From assembly GCF_009914755.1 (NCBI RefSeq), contig NC_060939.1: a DNA stretch of 64,000 nt. One strand, 5' to 3'. Below are positions 23,550 through 35,377 of this stretch, in pieces. The notes beneath the pieces are model-generated. The model worked only from the letters and a program-made list of their open reading frames with translations. It did not search any database and was not told the DNA's origin. Numbering within the stretch: position 1 is the first letter of the stretch; each line of letters starts with the position of its first letter. This stretch comes from the human T2T-CHM13v2.0 reference genome, Homo sapiens. A program made the translations under genes and the position numbers.

Positions 23550-25650
23550 TGGCGCCTGCGGAAAATGGCCTGGGGTTCCAGCTCTGGAAGGTTCCGAATC
23601 TCAGTATTCACGAGCGGCGCTGTCCGGAGCAGCCAGGGTTGTCCCTTGGTGGTCTCGGGCAGGTTCTCCGCGATGCGCTTGCTGGGTCGCAGGTGAGAAC
23701 CTCACGGTTCTCCATTTCCGGAGATCCAGCTCTGAGCAGGCAGAGGGTCGCTCCCGTCGCCTGCCCCTGCGGTAGCCAAGCGGGTGGCTGGAAGCGTGGC
23801 TAGCTGGCAGGTAAGGAGCTCCAGGTGAGACGGAACACGACCCCCAACCCCCTTAGCCGGTGCCCCACCCGATTTCTCTCCTGCGTCCTGGGAGGGCATG
23901 GTTGAGGCGCCACCGGTGCCCAGCAACCTCCCCAGGCTGTGGTTGTGACCTGAGGACGCGTGTGTCCCCGCCCTCAGGCCACCGCTACGCGACCCTGAGT
24001 GCACCTTCAAGAAGGCCGGGCACGTTTCTGGGCGGGCGTAGGGGGTGCCTGATATCTCCGCTCTATTTTACAGTTACTCCCCTGCTGGTGCCTCCCTCCT
24101 TGGCGCGCTTCCCACCTGCGATCGGCGCCCTCTTCGCAGTCACGAACTCGCCAGCAGCTAGCAGCACTGACTAGTAGGAGGGCCCGCCGGAGGAGAGGTG
24201 AGCGACCAGAGCCAGGGAGTGGGTGGAGGAGCTGGCTGCCCGCACCCGCACTCCGCTCCAGATGTCTCAGAGAGTGGGCTGCGGGTTGGGAGGTTGGGAA
24301 ATTCCAGGATCAGGTTGGTAGTGCGCCTGTGTTTTTACCTGGGTCACCAGCAAGACGACTCCCCTCCTCCCTAGGCCCGGATCCAATGTCATCCCTCACC
24401 CTCAACCTGTGAAATGGCTTTAACCATACACCTGCTGGCTTGTTGTGCTCTGTGACATAATTTGGCAGAACACGGCGTGTAGCACACAGTGGGCGCAAAG
24501 TAAATGGCGGCTCTGGCGGTTCTAGCACCGGAGGCGGCTTCTTGGACACCCGGCGTTCGCGGGAGCCTGAGGCGCTCGGTTGCTAGAGCCTTAGCTGGGA
24601 GTGGCGCGGCTGCTTCCCGCCCGCGCAGGATCAGGCCGGCCCCCGCGGGCCTGGAGCTGGATCCAGAGCTAGGGAAACTGGAAAAACAGGCACAAACTCG
24701 GAAGCCGCGGTACGGCAAGAGCCTAAGCAAAGAATCCTTTCCAAGATTCACACCTCGTCTACACCAGGGAACCGCCTGGGCCTACGGCCTTCCGAACCCG
24801 AAGCGCCCGCAGCCCAGAGCTGGCATCAGGCCATCAGGCCGGGAAGGTCGTCGCAGGCCCCAGAGTGCGGGCGCGGGGGGCGCGCGCCCACAGGACGCCC
24901 GGGGTTGGGTAGGCAGGAGAGAAGGGCGCCAGCAGGCCCGCGGCTGTTTCCCCTCGGTCCGCACAGCGGGCCCGGGAGGCCATTTTGAGAGCGCGAAGAG
25001 GGGCGGCAAGATGGCTGCGTGGGCACCCGGAAGGTCGCCGCGCCAAGGGCCCGCTGAGCCCCTCCTCCCATTCGTCCAGCCGCGCGGCCCACAGAAGCGG
25101 AACGCGCGTCGAGAGCGCCCTGTCCGCTCGCCCCAGACAGATGCCCGGTTATTCATTACCGCGAGGCCTAGAGGAAAGAGTGGCTGCCGTCTTCCTGCCC
25201 ACAGCCCGCCGGACCCTCCGTCGCGGCTGCCCGGTCCCCGGAGCCGCAGCCGCCGAGCCCGGCTGTGCGTGTCGTGGCTGCTGGGGAGAAAGAGGCTTCC
25301 GGTAAGAGCCCCCCTGACTGGGCTGCCCACCCCGGGCAGGGGCGGAAACGGCCTTCCCCGCGTGGGGAACAATGGCGTTATTTTGGAGTCTGCAACCGCG
25401 AGCGCTTCAAGCTCTTTGATTATTTTCGAGGAGTGTTAGGTGCGTGGCTAACTCCCGCGTTTTCTTGGAACCACGAAGCCCAAAATGGCGAGCGGGCCGT
25501 GGCCGCCCTCCTGGGGCTGAGTGTGGTCCGGAGCGCTGAGAGTGGCCAGGGAGCCGTGGGCCTCCATCGTCCCTGTGGTTGGGACTGAGGACCGGCCTGG
25601 AGGCTCCATTCACACCATCGCAGGGCAGGCTGGGGGTCAGATGCGGATGA
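23550..25650. promoter_or_regulatory. CpG island; internal promoter(s) of MIR9-3HG downstream of the miRNA
   Basis: CpG-dense, several YY1-type motifs, donors at 24197 and 25301. Confidence 0.8.
24074..24197 (+). ncRNA. MIR9-3HG: MIR9-3HG exon
   Basis: Acceptor CTCTATTTTACAG| (24073) and donor GAG|GTGAGC (24197/24198). Confidence 0.65.
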
Positions 25651-25784
25651 AGCGGGCCGGGCAGTGGAGCTGCATGTTTGAGCTTGCCCTCTCCAGGCCT
25701 AAGGGCCAGAGCTTCTGCTCTTCTGCCTTCTTTGCTCCTATCCTACCCTCGTGAATAATTTAAGCACAATCACTGTTTTTCTAG

Positions 25785-25949
25785 CTGTCCGCATTGACCC
25801 ACCGCGACCTCGAAGCAGGTCCCAGGCGTGTGCATTTATATGCAGAGTGACCAAGAAACTTCAGTAATACTAGTTTGTGTCTTTGGAGTCCCACTTTTTG
25901 CCAGGGCTAGTGCTAACAGCTTCAGGAGAATTCAGCCTCACCTTGACAG
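25785..25949 (+). other. Possible alternative MIR9-3HG exon
   Basis: Acceptor TGTTTTTCTAG| (25784), donor CAG|GTAGGG; upstream donor CCG|GTAAGA at 25301. Confidence 0.4.
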
Positions 25950-26384
25950 GTAGGGTGATGATTCACTATTTGTGGCTTTTGCCGTAGCTAGGATGTGGCA
26001 GAGCCGGTTGTGGACTCGGGGCTATCTGCCCCAAGGCCTGCGTTCCCAACCTGTCTCTCTGCACATACACAGGAACACAGGGATTCATCACCGCTGTGGT
26101 TTCATCTTTCAGATAAGCACCAAGCCTTTCCTGAATCCAAGTCCCCATCCCCACACAGCCCTGCCTCACAAGTGAGGCATCCCCCAACCTCCCAGTCTAA
26201 AGCCCTGGCCTCAGATAGATTGTGTGACTGAATAATGTGTTTGTTCTGAGCTTCCTGGCAGCCAAGAAAAGCAAACATGATGGTTTATAACCTTGTTTTC
26301 AAAATGAAGCTCATCAGGATTTTAGAGAGATGAACATTTTTCCTGCATAAGACTTATAGAAAATGTAAAGCTTAGTGATTATGT

Positions 26385-26510
26385 AGGTCAACTGCTCATG
26401 TCACGGATGAGGAACCAGGTCCAGAGAGGTTAAGTGATTTTCACCAAGGTCACAAAATTAGCTCATACAGTGAGGACTGAGACCCAGGGGTCCTGACTCC
26501 CAGTCCAGTT
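26385..26510 (-). mobile_element. MIR
   Basis: GGATGAGGAACCAGGTCCAGAGAGGTTAAGTGATTTTCACCAAGGTCACA...CCTGACTCCCAGTCCAG. Confidence 0.7.
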
Positions 26511-29026
26511 CCCATCCTCTCATGACCAGGCTTTAGTGGGCTTCTCAACTTGGAGATAGTTTAATTGTGGTCTAGCGACTCCATTCCTCACTATAAATTG
26601 CTGAGACCTGGATGCTGCCTTGTTCCTTTCTTTGCCCCCAGTTCCTAGTGCTGGGCTGGACTCATCATTGTGGGTGTCTAAATATTTGATAATTGAGTGG
26701 GGCTAAAACTTCTGATAATGAGGGGATGGGGGCGGTGGTAGAGGGGAAGTCCCTGACTTCAGTTTTCTAGGGGGCCTTTTTTTTTAATGTTAGGTTCCTG
26801 ATCCTTAATTCCCTAGGTCTCTCTCCTGGCAAGTGGTACGAGGTGGGTAGTGTGTTTTCCCTTTTGGCAGTCATCCTATTCCTAACTGCCCCATCACATT
26901 ATTGAACCTTATAGGAAAGGGTCATTTGTGTCTTGGGGGACTATGTTGTCAGTGACACCTGCAAGTCCCTTTAGGTGAACTGAGGGAGGTTTCCCCACCA
27001 GCACAATGGCCATGAGACCTGGCCGACTCATTCTTTTATCCTCTTTGGGTGGAGAGTCAGCCTTTCTGTACTTGCTCAGGTTTGATTCCCATGGCTTAAG
27101 TACAAATCACAGAACGTGGCTTAGATTAGTAAATTTCCATGGCTCCCAAAAGGTAGCCTTTGAATCCCTGGCATGATAACTGTAGGTGCTGAATAAATTT
27201 AGTGACCCTGCAACAGACCAGATTCTCTGGAATTCTAGGCTGGAAAGGTGTCACCCCTGGATGTGGGGAGGGTTATGCTTCTTGATGGGAGCCCCCGTTG
27301 GTAGAAAGGCTCCAACAGATCCTGGCCAAATTCTGTCATCTTTGGGTAGAATCTGCATGGGCAAAGCAGAGTAGGTAACTAGGGCTTGTTTGCAGCTAAA
27401 GCCCCAGCTGTGGAAGAAAAACAGGGTTCAGCTCCCCAGATTAGTTACTGTCTACAAGGATTAAAGGCCCCAAATAATGGCTGGCTTCTCCCCTCCTCTG
27501 TGCCAAGGGAAGACATGTAAATACAGCCCCACGCCAGCTTAGGCAGTAGATGTGTATAAATCGAATTTAGCAAATCAGATCATGGTTTAAATGCACTATT
27601 TAAAGCAGTCCTGCAGTGAAGCCTTTTACAAAGGGAATAATCATTTTGTGATGCTAATCATCAGCCTCCAATTTATCTCCTTTGTAAGTTCAGATGTTGG
27701 TGCACTGGGTGTTCTGAAATTGGGGCGCTCTTGTGTAGGGCTCTGGTGATGGCTGTCTGCCTTTTTCTGACCTCTCGTTTTAAATGGGTGCATGTCCTGT
27801 TTCTCACTGGGGGCCTCAGGATGCTTGTCACTTAGCCTGATAGTTCTCATCTGTCCCACTTATCTTTTTATAATCTGATAGAGCCCACCGTTCAGCTGCT
27901 CCTGGCTCCTTTTTTGAGACTTTTGCCCTTCCTGGGGAGAAATACAAGCCCTGCTGTTCTTGAGGTGTTAAAACCAGCTCCCTCTCTGAGCTGAACTGCC
28001 TTTTGTTTCCCTGAGCTTCTGGTACCTCTGGTGCAGATCAGAAAGATGATCTTAGAGTCGACCAGATAACACAAATCAGCCCTGAATTTAGAAGGCGAAT
28101 TAAATGCAGCCACCCATTTGCTGAATAGGCAATATCCAAAATATTCTCCCCATTCACGGCAAAATAACTGAGGCCTGGATGTTAAAGTGACTTTTCCCAC
28201 AAGTTAAAATCAGGACTCCAAGGAGAACCTGTCTCCCAATTGCTATAAAAGTGTTTTATATGCTGAGCTGTAGTTCCTTTCTCTGCAGAGAAAATATAAT
28301 CAGAGACCATCTGGGTGGGAGAGAAAGAACGAAGAGAAAGAAATGGATCAGAGTGGAATAAAGGAAGTGGGAAGGAAGCTGGGGGGCTTCGAGGAGCCTG
28401 ACCTTGCTTAGCTTACAGGCCCTGATATAGTGTCTTTGTCAATGCTGCCACTATTGACGCGTTCCTCGGTAATTATGACTGTGTGTTGGCATGGCGACTC
28501 GGAGTAAGAAGACTAGAAGCACTGGGTAAATGCACGACTTGTTCTTGCCTTCTAAAGCAGAGAGGAGCTTTTGTGGGTAGTTCCTACAGGGATACATGGT
28601 AGAAAATTCACCAAACCCAGTGCTGGAGTGTGAGTATTTACACCCCATAGGAGCCAGGTGGCCCTGAGCATAGATTGTACAAATAGAGGTCCTTAGCAAG
28701 ACTGGCATCTAATGCAGAGGTCTCCCAGAGCCTCCCTCTTGTGTCTTCCTGTTGGTCTTTGTTCCTTAGCCTTGTAATGTCAAGTATATTCATTTCTGCT
28801 CATTTCTGGGTTGTCTGTTTCAAAATAGGTTTATGTTGCAGTCTCCCTGAATTTGATTGATCATAAAATTATCTATTTCATAGGCCATGACTATGTATTT
28901 GGAAACTGAAGGGAAAGGCTGATGGGCACAGCTGGGGCTTCCCTTTCTATCCTTGTGTGCTTTTCTTAGATACTTGGACCACATTCTCATCCTCTTCTGA
29001 AAATGGGGAGAAGTTGCTGTTGTCAA

Positions 29027-29232
29027 GAGCTGTGCTGTCCTTTATGATAACCACTAGACACACATGCTATTGATCTCATGAAATGTGGTCAGTGTGGCAT
29101 GTTGAAATGATAATGTTGGGTTAAGTACAATATATTGTTAAAATGACCTGTTCATTCTTACTTTTTAATGAGGCTTCTGAAACATTTAAAATTATACTTG
29201 GAACTGACATATTTTCACTGGACAGTGAGGTC
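29027..29232. mobile_element. MER33/MER3-like hAT DNA transposon
   Basis: GTGCTGTCC...ACCACTAGACACACATGCTATTG...TGTTGAAATGATAAT...CATATTTTCACTGGACAGTG, ends inverted. Confidence 0.7.
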
Positions 29233-31079
29233 TACACTAGATGCTCAAGACCTCCTCCATCCCCAGTGCTTAGTAACTAATCCTGATCTCCCCCCAGGAG
29301 GCCTCTGGCCACACAGGGTTCTGTGCATAGAGGTCCATGGAAAAGCTAGAGAGGAGGCAAGTAGAGAGCCTCGGGCCTTAAGGGGCTTTTAGGAGTGCCT
29401 AGTTCAGCCCTTTAAATGGGGATTACCCCCCAGTCCTTGGAGGCAGAAGTCGTGGCTTGAATCTGCAGGCAACATTGTATTTTTCAGCATTTAAGGTGGG
29501 GACAAGGCAGCCAATGGGTAAACCCCAGAAGAGTCTTTGGATGAAGGTTTAGCACTGCCCCAGTGGAGTTTGAATGGGCACAGCTGTAGATAACAGGAGG
29601 GTCATCCTCCTTCCCCTGTCCCTAGCAGTGATTTCATAGTCTCCCAGATGTGCAGAAACCACAGGGCATGGGAAGGCAGCCATGCATCCCAGGTTCGTGC
29701 CAAACCCACTTTCAGCAGGTTTGTTTCCTTTGGCCCGAGGGCTCCTTGTCGCCCCTCTCCTGGCTGCCCCTCCTCCCCTCAGCCTGTGCTGCTCTCCGTG
29801 AGCTTGGAGCTTCTGGGATGCGTCTTGGCTCAGAGCCAGCGTCTTCTTGGAGAGGCCTCCTGCCCTGGCTCCCTGCCAAGGCTCAGGGCCTCAGAGAGAT
29901 TTTCCAGGGAGATGCTGGGCTCATACTGCTGTCAAAGGGCAGAGGGGCCTCAGTTAGCCTTCTGCCCTTGGAGGACCCCTGGCTGTGGGTCTGGGCTTGC
30001 CTCCAGCCCCCTTTCCCCCTCAGAAACTCCAGTTTCCTCCCCTGGAAACCCTAGACTGAGTTAAGGGCCTTCCAGCTCCAGTAAGCCTTGAGTTTATAAA
30101 AAGAAGGCCCCTCACATGAGCCTGGGAGGTAAGGAAGGGGCATCGAGGAGGCCATAATGAGTCATGACGATGGGGACAGGAACCATTTACTGAGCACTGA
30201 CTCTGCCAGGTTCTGTGCTAATGCTTTGTATATTGTATCTCTTTTGAGGGCCATCTCTTGGGGAGAAAAAAGAACAGTAAATCTGACCAGGGATTTGCCC
30301 TTCTTTTCTAAGCCAAATGCCATTTGGGTGACTGCATGGGGTGTGTTACAGGAGCTACAAACCTCGCATAGGAGGGACTATCAGCCCCCAGTGAGTCCTT
30401 GTCTCCCAGAGAATCAGCCTGGGCTTTGGGAAGCAGCATGAGTTCATTTGCGTTGCCAAAGGATGCCTCTGCAGTGTTTCCTGCTTGAGGCTGGCAGTAC
30501 ACCTGGAGAATCAAGATGGGAGGGCTCCATGCTGGGCCCCTGGGAGCCTTGGTGCGGTGCTAGAGGGGTGAGCAGCATACCACCCGGTCTGGATTCATCT
30601 CCTAATTGTGTGCCCCATATCCTTGCTGTGCCTCAGTCTGTAAAATTAGGGGGTTGGCCCAAGCCTACCAGCCTGCCCACAGTGCCAAGGGATTGTGGCT
30701 GCTCGGGATGATGCTGGCCTTTTACTTTCTGCAATGTTATATCCCCCTGATGTAGCACGTATGATCTTCTGGAGGAGGGAAGGGGGCCCACATCCTCTGT
30801 CCCATCTCATCTTGTCCTTAAGCAGAGAATATCAAGCCTTCCTCCTATCTGCCCAGTTCTGCACCATAGCTCCTGCTGTCTCCTTAGGTTAGGAGAGGTG
30901 GCACATGCCTCTGAAGGCATGTTACATCCTTGATGAGTGCTGGGGGAAAAGGGAGTAAAGAAACAAGTCTCAAGTTTATAGCCACCCCTTCCCTTTGAAT
31001 CTGTAGCTTTTACCCAGTATTGAGTCCACTGTTCTCTCTTCTACTGTGGGTCACAGACTCCAAGACCATGGTGGTGTGA

Positions 31080-31225
31080 GGCAGAGGCAGTGTGGCCCAG
31101 TGGGTATCCAGGTGGAGGGGTTGGTCTGACCTAATTCAGAACCCACAGGACACCCCTTCCCCTCTTCCTCTGAGCCAGTTTTCCCATCTGCAAAATTGGG
31201 AATAGTAATACTTACCTTGTGACAC
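31080..31225 (+). mobile_element. MIR
   Basis: CCTCTGAGCCAGTTTTCCCATCTGCAAAATTGGGAATAGTAATACTTACC. Confidence 0.6.
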
Positions 31226-31959
31226 TCAAGATGCATCCCCCATCTTGCTGGTCTGTCACGAGTAAAGGCCAGGTAAGGTGGCCAGCAAGGGACCAGGGTC
31301 AGTCAGCTCTCTGTTAGTCACTCTACAATAAGCTGTGGTGTTTACAGACCAGCCATAAGCTCTGCAGTGCAGGGAGAACCCCTGACCTCTAGGAGCAGAG
31401 AAACTAGTATTGCTAGCCTAAGGCAGCACAAAAAATCCAAGGGGCAGATTGTTTTGATGTTTTGTCTCTGTCCTTGGGAGTTAAGAGAAGAGGAATTAGA
31501 TTGAGGCGGAGAAGCCTCACTGTGCCCAAACAGGTCTTCTAGGCTGTTGAGAGGGCAAGACAGGGCATCCCTACCAATGGGGAGAACTCTCTGACCAGGA
31601 CCTTAGAGGTGGAGATGAAGCGGGAGGAGGAGTCCTGCTGGACTGGGCCTGAGATTTGGGTATAGGTCAGGTCAGATGGTGGAGGATAAGAATGACAGAG
31701 GTAGGGAGCAGGCTAAGAGAATTGGTATGGTCACCATGTGCAAGATGGGTGGGCACTGGAGGCTGTCAGGCCTTGTGCTGCCCAGGCCAACCTGAGCTGA
31801 GCAGCCACACCCACCCTGTGCCACTCACCTCTTATGGTTCCTGGCCTGGACGTCAGCAGCCCCAGGGCTGTGCTGTGGAGCCATTTCCCACTTTGCAAGG
31901 GAACTGCGCGGCTCTGAAATTGGAAGTCTTCCCATGCCACACTGTATTTTTTCTTACCA

Positions 31960-32100
31960 CACTCATTTATTCATTCAATGTCTATTGACCACACATTATG
32001 TGTCAGCCTCTGGGCAAGGCCCTGGGGATACAGAGAGGGAAACCACATTCCCTGGCCCAGCACTTTCGCTTGTGGTGTGGAAAGGCATACATCCATCTAG
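31960..32100 (-). mobile_element. L2 3' end
   Basis: CATTTATTCATTCAATGTCTATTGACCACACATTATGTGTCAGCC...CCCTGGGGATACAG. Confidence 0.6.
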
Positions 32101-32371
32101 AGCTGGAAGGCCGGGCTAGCGGGGGTGGCGTGCTAGACTAGCAGGCACTCCGGGTCTGACACTTATCATCAGTTTGTGGCTTATTGGCTTTCCTGCCCCT
32201 CTCCATGTCCCAAGAGCCTGGGAGAACAGGGTCAGAGGCCATGTCATGCTTTGCCCGTGATGACCTTAAGCTGTCGTTTAGCCTCAGCTAGAACTGTAAT
32301 TCTCTAGATTGCATTGTTTCTGTATAGAATTGTGACATTTCAGTTTCCCTTTCTTCATTTAAAAAGACACC

Positions 32372-32698
32372 TTTTTTTTTTTTTTTTTTTTTTATGAGAC
32401 AAGGTCTTGCCCTGTCAGCCAGGCTGGAGTACAGTGGCCTGATCATAGCTCACTATAACCTCGAACTTCTGGCTCAAGCAATTCCCCTGCCTCAGCCTCC
32501 AGAGTAGCTGGGACTACAGGCATGTGCCACCACAGCCAGACTTTTATATTTATTTTATAAAAATAAAAAAATATGTTTTATTTTGTAGAGACAGGGTCTT
32601 TGTTGCCCAGGCTGGCCTCAAACTCCTGGCATCAAGCGATCCTCCCACCTGGGCCTCCCAAAGTGTTGAGATTACAGCATGAGCCACCACACCCAGAC
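32372..32698 (-). mobile_element. AluJ, full length, antisense
   Basis: Poly-T, GAGACAAGGTCTTGC...GATCATAGCTCAC...CTCAAGCAATTC (J-type)...GAGCCACCACACCCAG. Confidence 0.93.
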
Positions 32699-33851
32699 TA
32701 AAAGGCAGTTTGATTTTACAAATCAAAATAGCAGTAACCTATGGAGATTTACTTGTGAGATTGGTAGGAAACATCTTAAATGTAATCAAACAATAACTTA
32801 CATCTTGATGAATTCACGTGTAGGTTTCTCTTCCTCAGAAGAAATCAGATGCTGTTCAGAGCACGAAGGCTAGAATTTTACCCTGGTTCTCATGCTACCT
32901 TGCACCCAGGTTGGATCCTGAGTACAGTTTTTGGCAGGTGGGCCTGCATATAAGTTAGCAATGGGGGATACCCAGCTGCCTCTCTTCATACAGCTGAGGT
33001 TTTGGGGAGTCATTCTTATAGCCCCTGGGTTGGGCCTAGTCCTGCAAATGAATTCACCAGCCCTAAAGCCCAAATTGCAGCCTCTGTCATTCACCTTCCA
33101 GGAGTGGAAAGGGCAGTAAGTTTCATCTTATTATTATTGCTATTTTGGTGGTTTTGTTGAGGTTGGTGTGTGTATGTTAGTAAGATAAAGCTCTCAGAAA
33201 TTACATAGCATTTGTCAAGGATATAAGAGGGACTGTGCCACATCTGGCTGTATAGAAGGTGGTTCCATATCTTTAAATAGAGCCCCAGGTCCTTAGCCAC
33301 CAGAAAGGTTTTCAGGGGAAGTGTGCACCCTCAGCAGCTGCTGCTGGTGGGCAGGATGGGCACGCATGGAACAGGCTTTCCTCTGTGGCCAGGTGAGAAG
33401 CAGGTGGTGAGACACAGAGCAGTGCTGGGCTCTGCTTCTGAAGCCTCCAACCTTTCCTTCCCTAGGAAGCCCCAGAGAGATTGGTGAGGGTGATTTCCCA
33501 GGAAGACGCAGTGTGCTCTGACTTCTGTGACAGTGAGCAACGGGACCAGTGGATGTCCAGATGCTGGCAATGAGTAGGCCTTCCCTACGCTGGGTGGCGT
33601 CCACACCCTCCGGCTTCCATTGCCTGGGTCTCCTGGAGGTGGTTTGCTGGATGAATACCGCATGCACAGAGGCTGGCCTTGGGTTTGAATATGGCAGCCA
33701 GTGGACAGCATGTGCTTCAGTTATGAGACTGCCCAGGAGATGCTTCTTCCAAGGCAGAGCACGTGCAGAGTCCAGTGCTGGAGAGGCCGGGTGCGCAGTT
33801 GACCCATTTCCAGTTCTGTTTTCCCTCTCATGTTCCTCTGTCCCCATCTAG

Positions 33852-33916
33852 GACATGCTCTGGAGTCAGAAGACAGCGAAAAGAGAAGCAGAAGCCCCGG
33901 TGGCAAGAGTCTGAAG
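33852..33916 (+). ncRNA. MIR9-3HG: MIR9-3HG internal exon (65 nt)
   Basis: Long pyrimidine tract ending CCCCATCTAG| and donor AAG|GTGGGT. Confidence 0.65.
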
Positions 33917-34123
33917 GTGGGTTCCTTCCTGACATGGGCATTGGGCTGCGCGTGTGTGTTCGCAGTTCTTTCCAGCTGCTGTTCTGACCTCTTTGTGCAG
34001 TGTATTTATGTGGCTGTAGATGGATGGTCCAAGGTAGATTTAGGTTTTGGAATACTGTTTTTTTTTTCTACTTCAGGGAGAAAATAACCCAGTTTGGGAA
34101 GGACATTTAAAAGGGGAAAATAT

Positions 34124-34282
34124 TAGGTATGATGGCACACCTGCAGTCCCAGCTATTCGGGAGGCTAAGGCTGGAGGATCACTTGAGCTCAGGGGTTTCA
34201 GGCTGCAGTGAGCTATGATCACGCCACTGTACTCCAGCCTGGGTGACAGAATGAGACCCGTCTCTAAAAAAAATGTAATTTA
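34124..34282 (+). mobile_element. AluJ right arm / FRAM-like monomer
   Basis: CCCAGCTATTCGGGAGGCTAAGG...GCAGTGAGCTATGATCACGCCACTG; 19-bp TSD ATTTAAAA(G/A)GGGAAAATAT at 34105-34123 and 34283-34301. Confidence 0.9.
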
Positions 34283-34330
34283 ATTTAAAAAGGGAAAATA
34301 TCCTTGGTGGTCCTTGGAACCAGCACTTAC

Positions 34331-34408
34331 CAGGTTGACCCATATGAAATTTCTTTCTTGTTGATGAAAAATAGTCAAATATTGGCAATTTCTTATGGTT
34401 CAACATGT
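34331..34408. mobile_element. MADE2-like mariner MITE
   Basis: Terminal inverted repeats AGGTTGACCCATATGAAATT / AATTTCTTATGGTTCAACAT about 75 bp end to end; matches recalled MADE2 consensus. Confidence 0.7.
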
Positions 34409-34535
34409 TACAGTTCCATTCCTCTGGGATGGTAGAGGGATCCCCAGAAACACATTTTAAAGAGTTTCTGATACTTTAACCATTTGTGTTCCTCTTCATC
34501 CTACGATACCCTTCACAGAATTTTTTTTTTAACAG

Positions 34536-34616
34536 CAGGAAGGATGACTGTAGCCTGTGGATTGTACTGCAGTAGGAAACTGTCCTAGCAAGGCTCCACT
34601 TTGCCCCAGCTTCAAG
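34536..34616 (+). ncRNA. MIR9-3HG: MIR9-3HG internal exon with tandem CAGCAG acceptor
   Basis: T10-AACAG|CAG| acceptor and donor AAG|GTATAT. Confidence 0.55.
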
Positions 34617-35150
34617 GTATATCGTCTCAAAATGCAGGGGACTTCAGATGAGTTTTGAGCACCCTTTCTTTTATTATAAAAAAAATTCCAGACAGTTCAG
34701 CCAATACTGACTAAGGGCTGAGACCAGTTCCATGCTTTTCTGTCTCCAGAGGAATTTGCTTCCATCTGGATGCCTGAAACGGTATTTTACTTCACCTCCT
34801 GTGTCACCGGCAGCAGTCCTGGGAGCCCTGGGGAGGAGGTTTTTGGGAGAGCCAGCTCACAGCCTCTCCATCACCTTTTAGCCACCCCAGTGCTGGGCAG
34901 CCAGGGTGTGGGCTTTTGACTGAATGCACTTGCCCTCCTGCATTCATTACACCATTGTCAGTGTGTGTGTCTGGGGCTGCCTCTGGGTGTGCATGGTTTT
35001 TTTTGTGTCTGCGTGTCAGTGTCAGGCTATGTGTGTCTGTTTCTGTCGGCCTGTCTAGGCGCGCTCAGTGCAACAAGGAGCTGGGGGAGGTGGCGGTAAA
35101 GAGGAAGGGCATTTCAAAGCCCAGCTGTCCTCCTCAGGGACCTCAGGAGA

Positions 35151-35153
<3 letters not shown>

Positions 35154-35191
<38 letters not shown>
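35154..35191. repeat. (TG)n microsatellite
   Basis: Seen directly. Confidence 0.95.
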
Positions 35192-35193
<2 letters not shown>

Positions 35194-35377
35194 TTTTTTC
35201 CATGCTGCTCATTGTGTGGGGCTGCATGCGAGTGTCTGACCAGGTGTGGTGTGAGCAGCCGCTGGGCTGGGTGAGCCCCATCTGCCGTGAGCTCCCAGAC
35301 TTGCCTTCTAGCCCTCTGCCGCCATCCATGGGGAGCCTCTCCCTTCGCAGCTCACCGTCTCTTCTCTAATTTATTAG

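Noticed and set aside
24504-25439. 311-aa ORF with a good Kozak context
   Set aside because: Arg/Pro/Gly/Ala low-complexity translation of a CpG island, no recognisable domain, overlapping ORFs on both strands; the ATG coincides with a YY1 motif.
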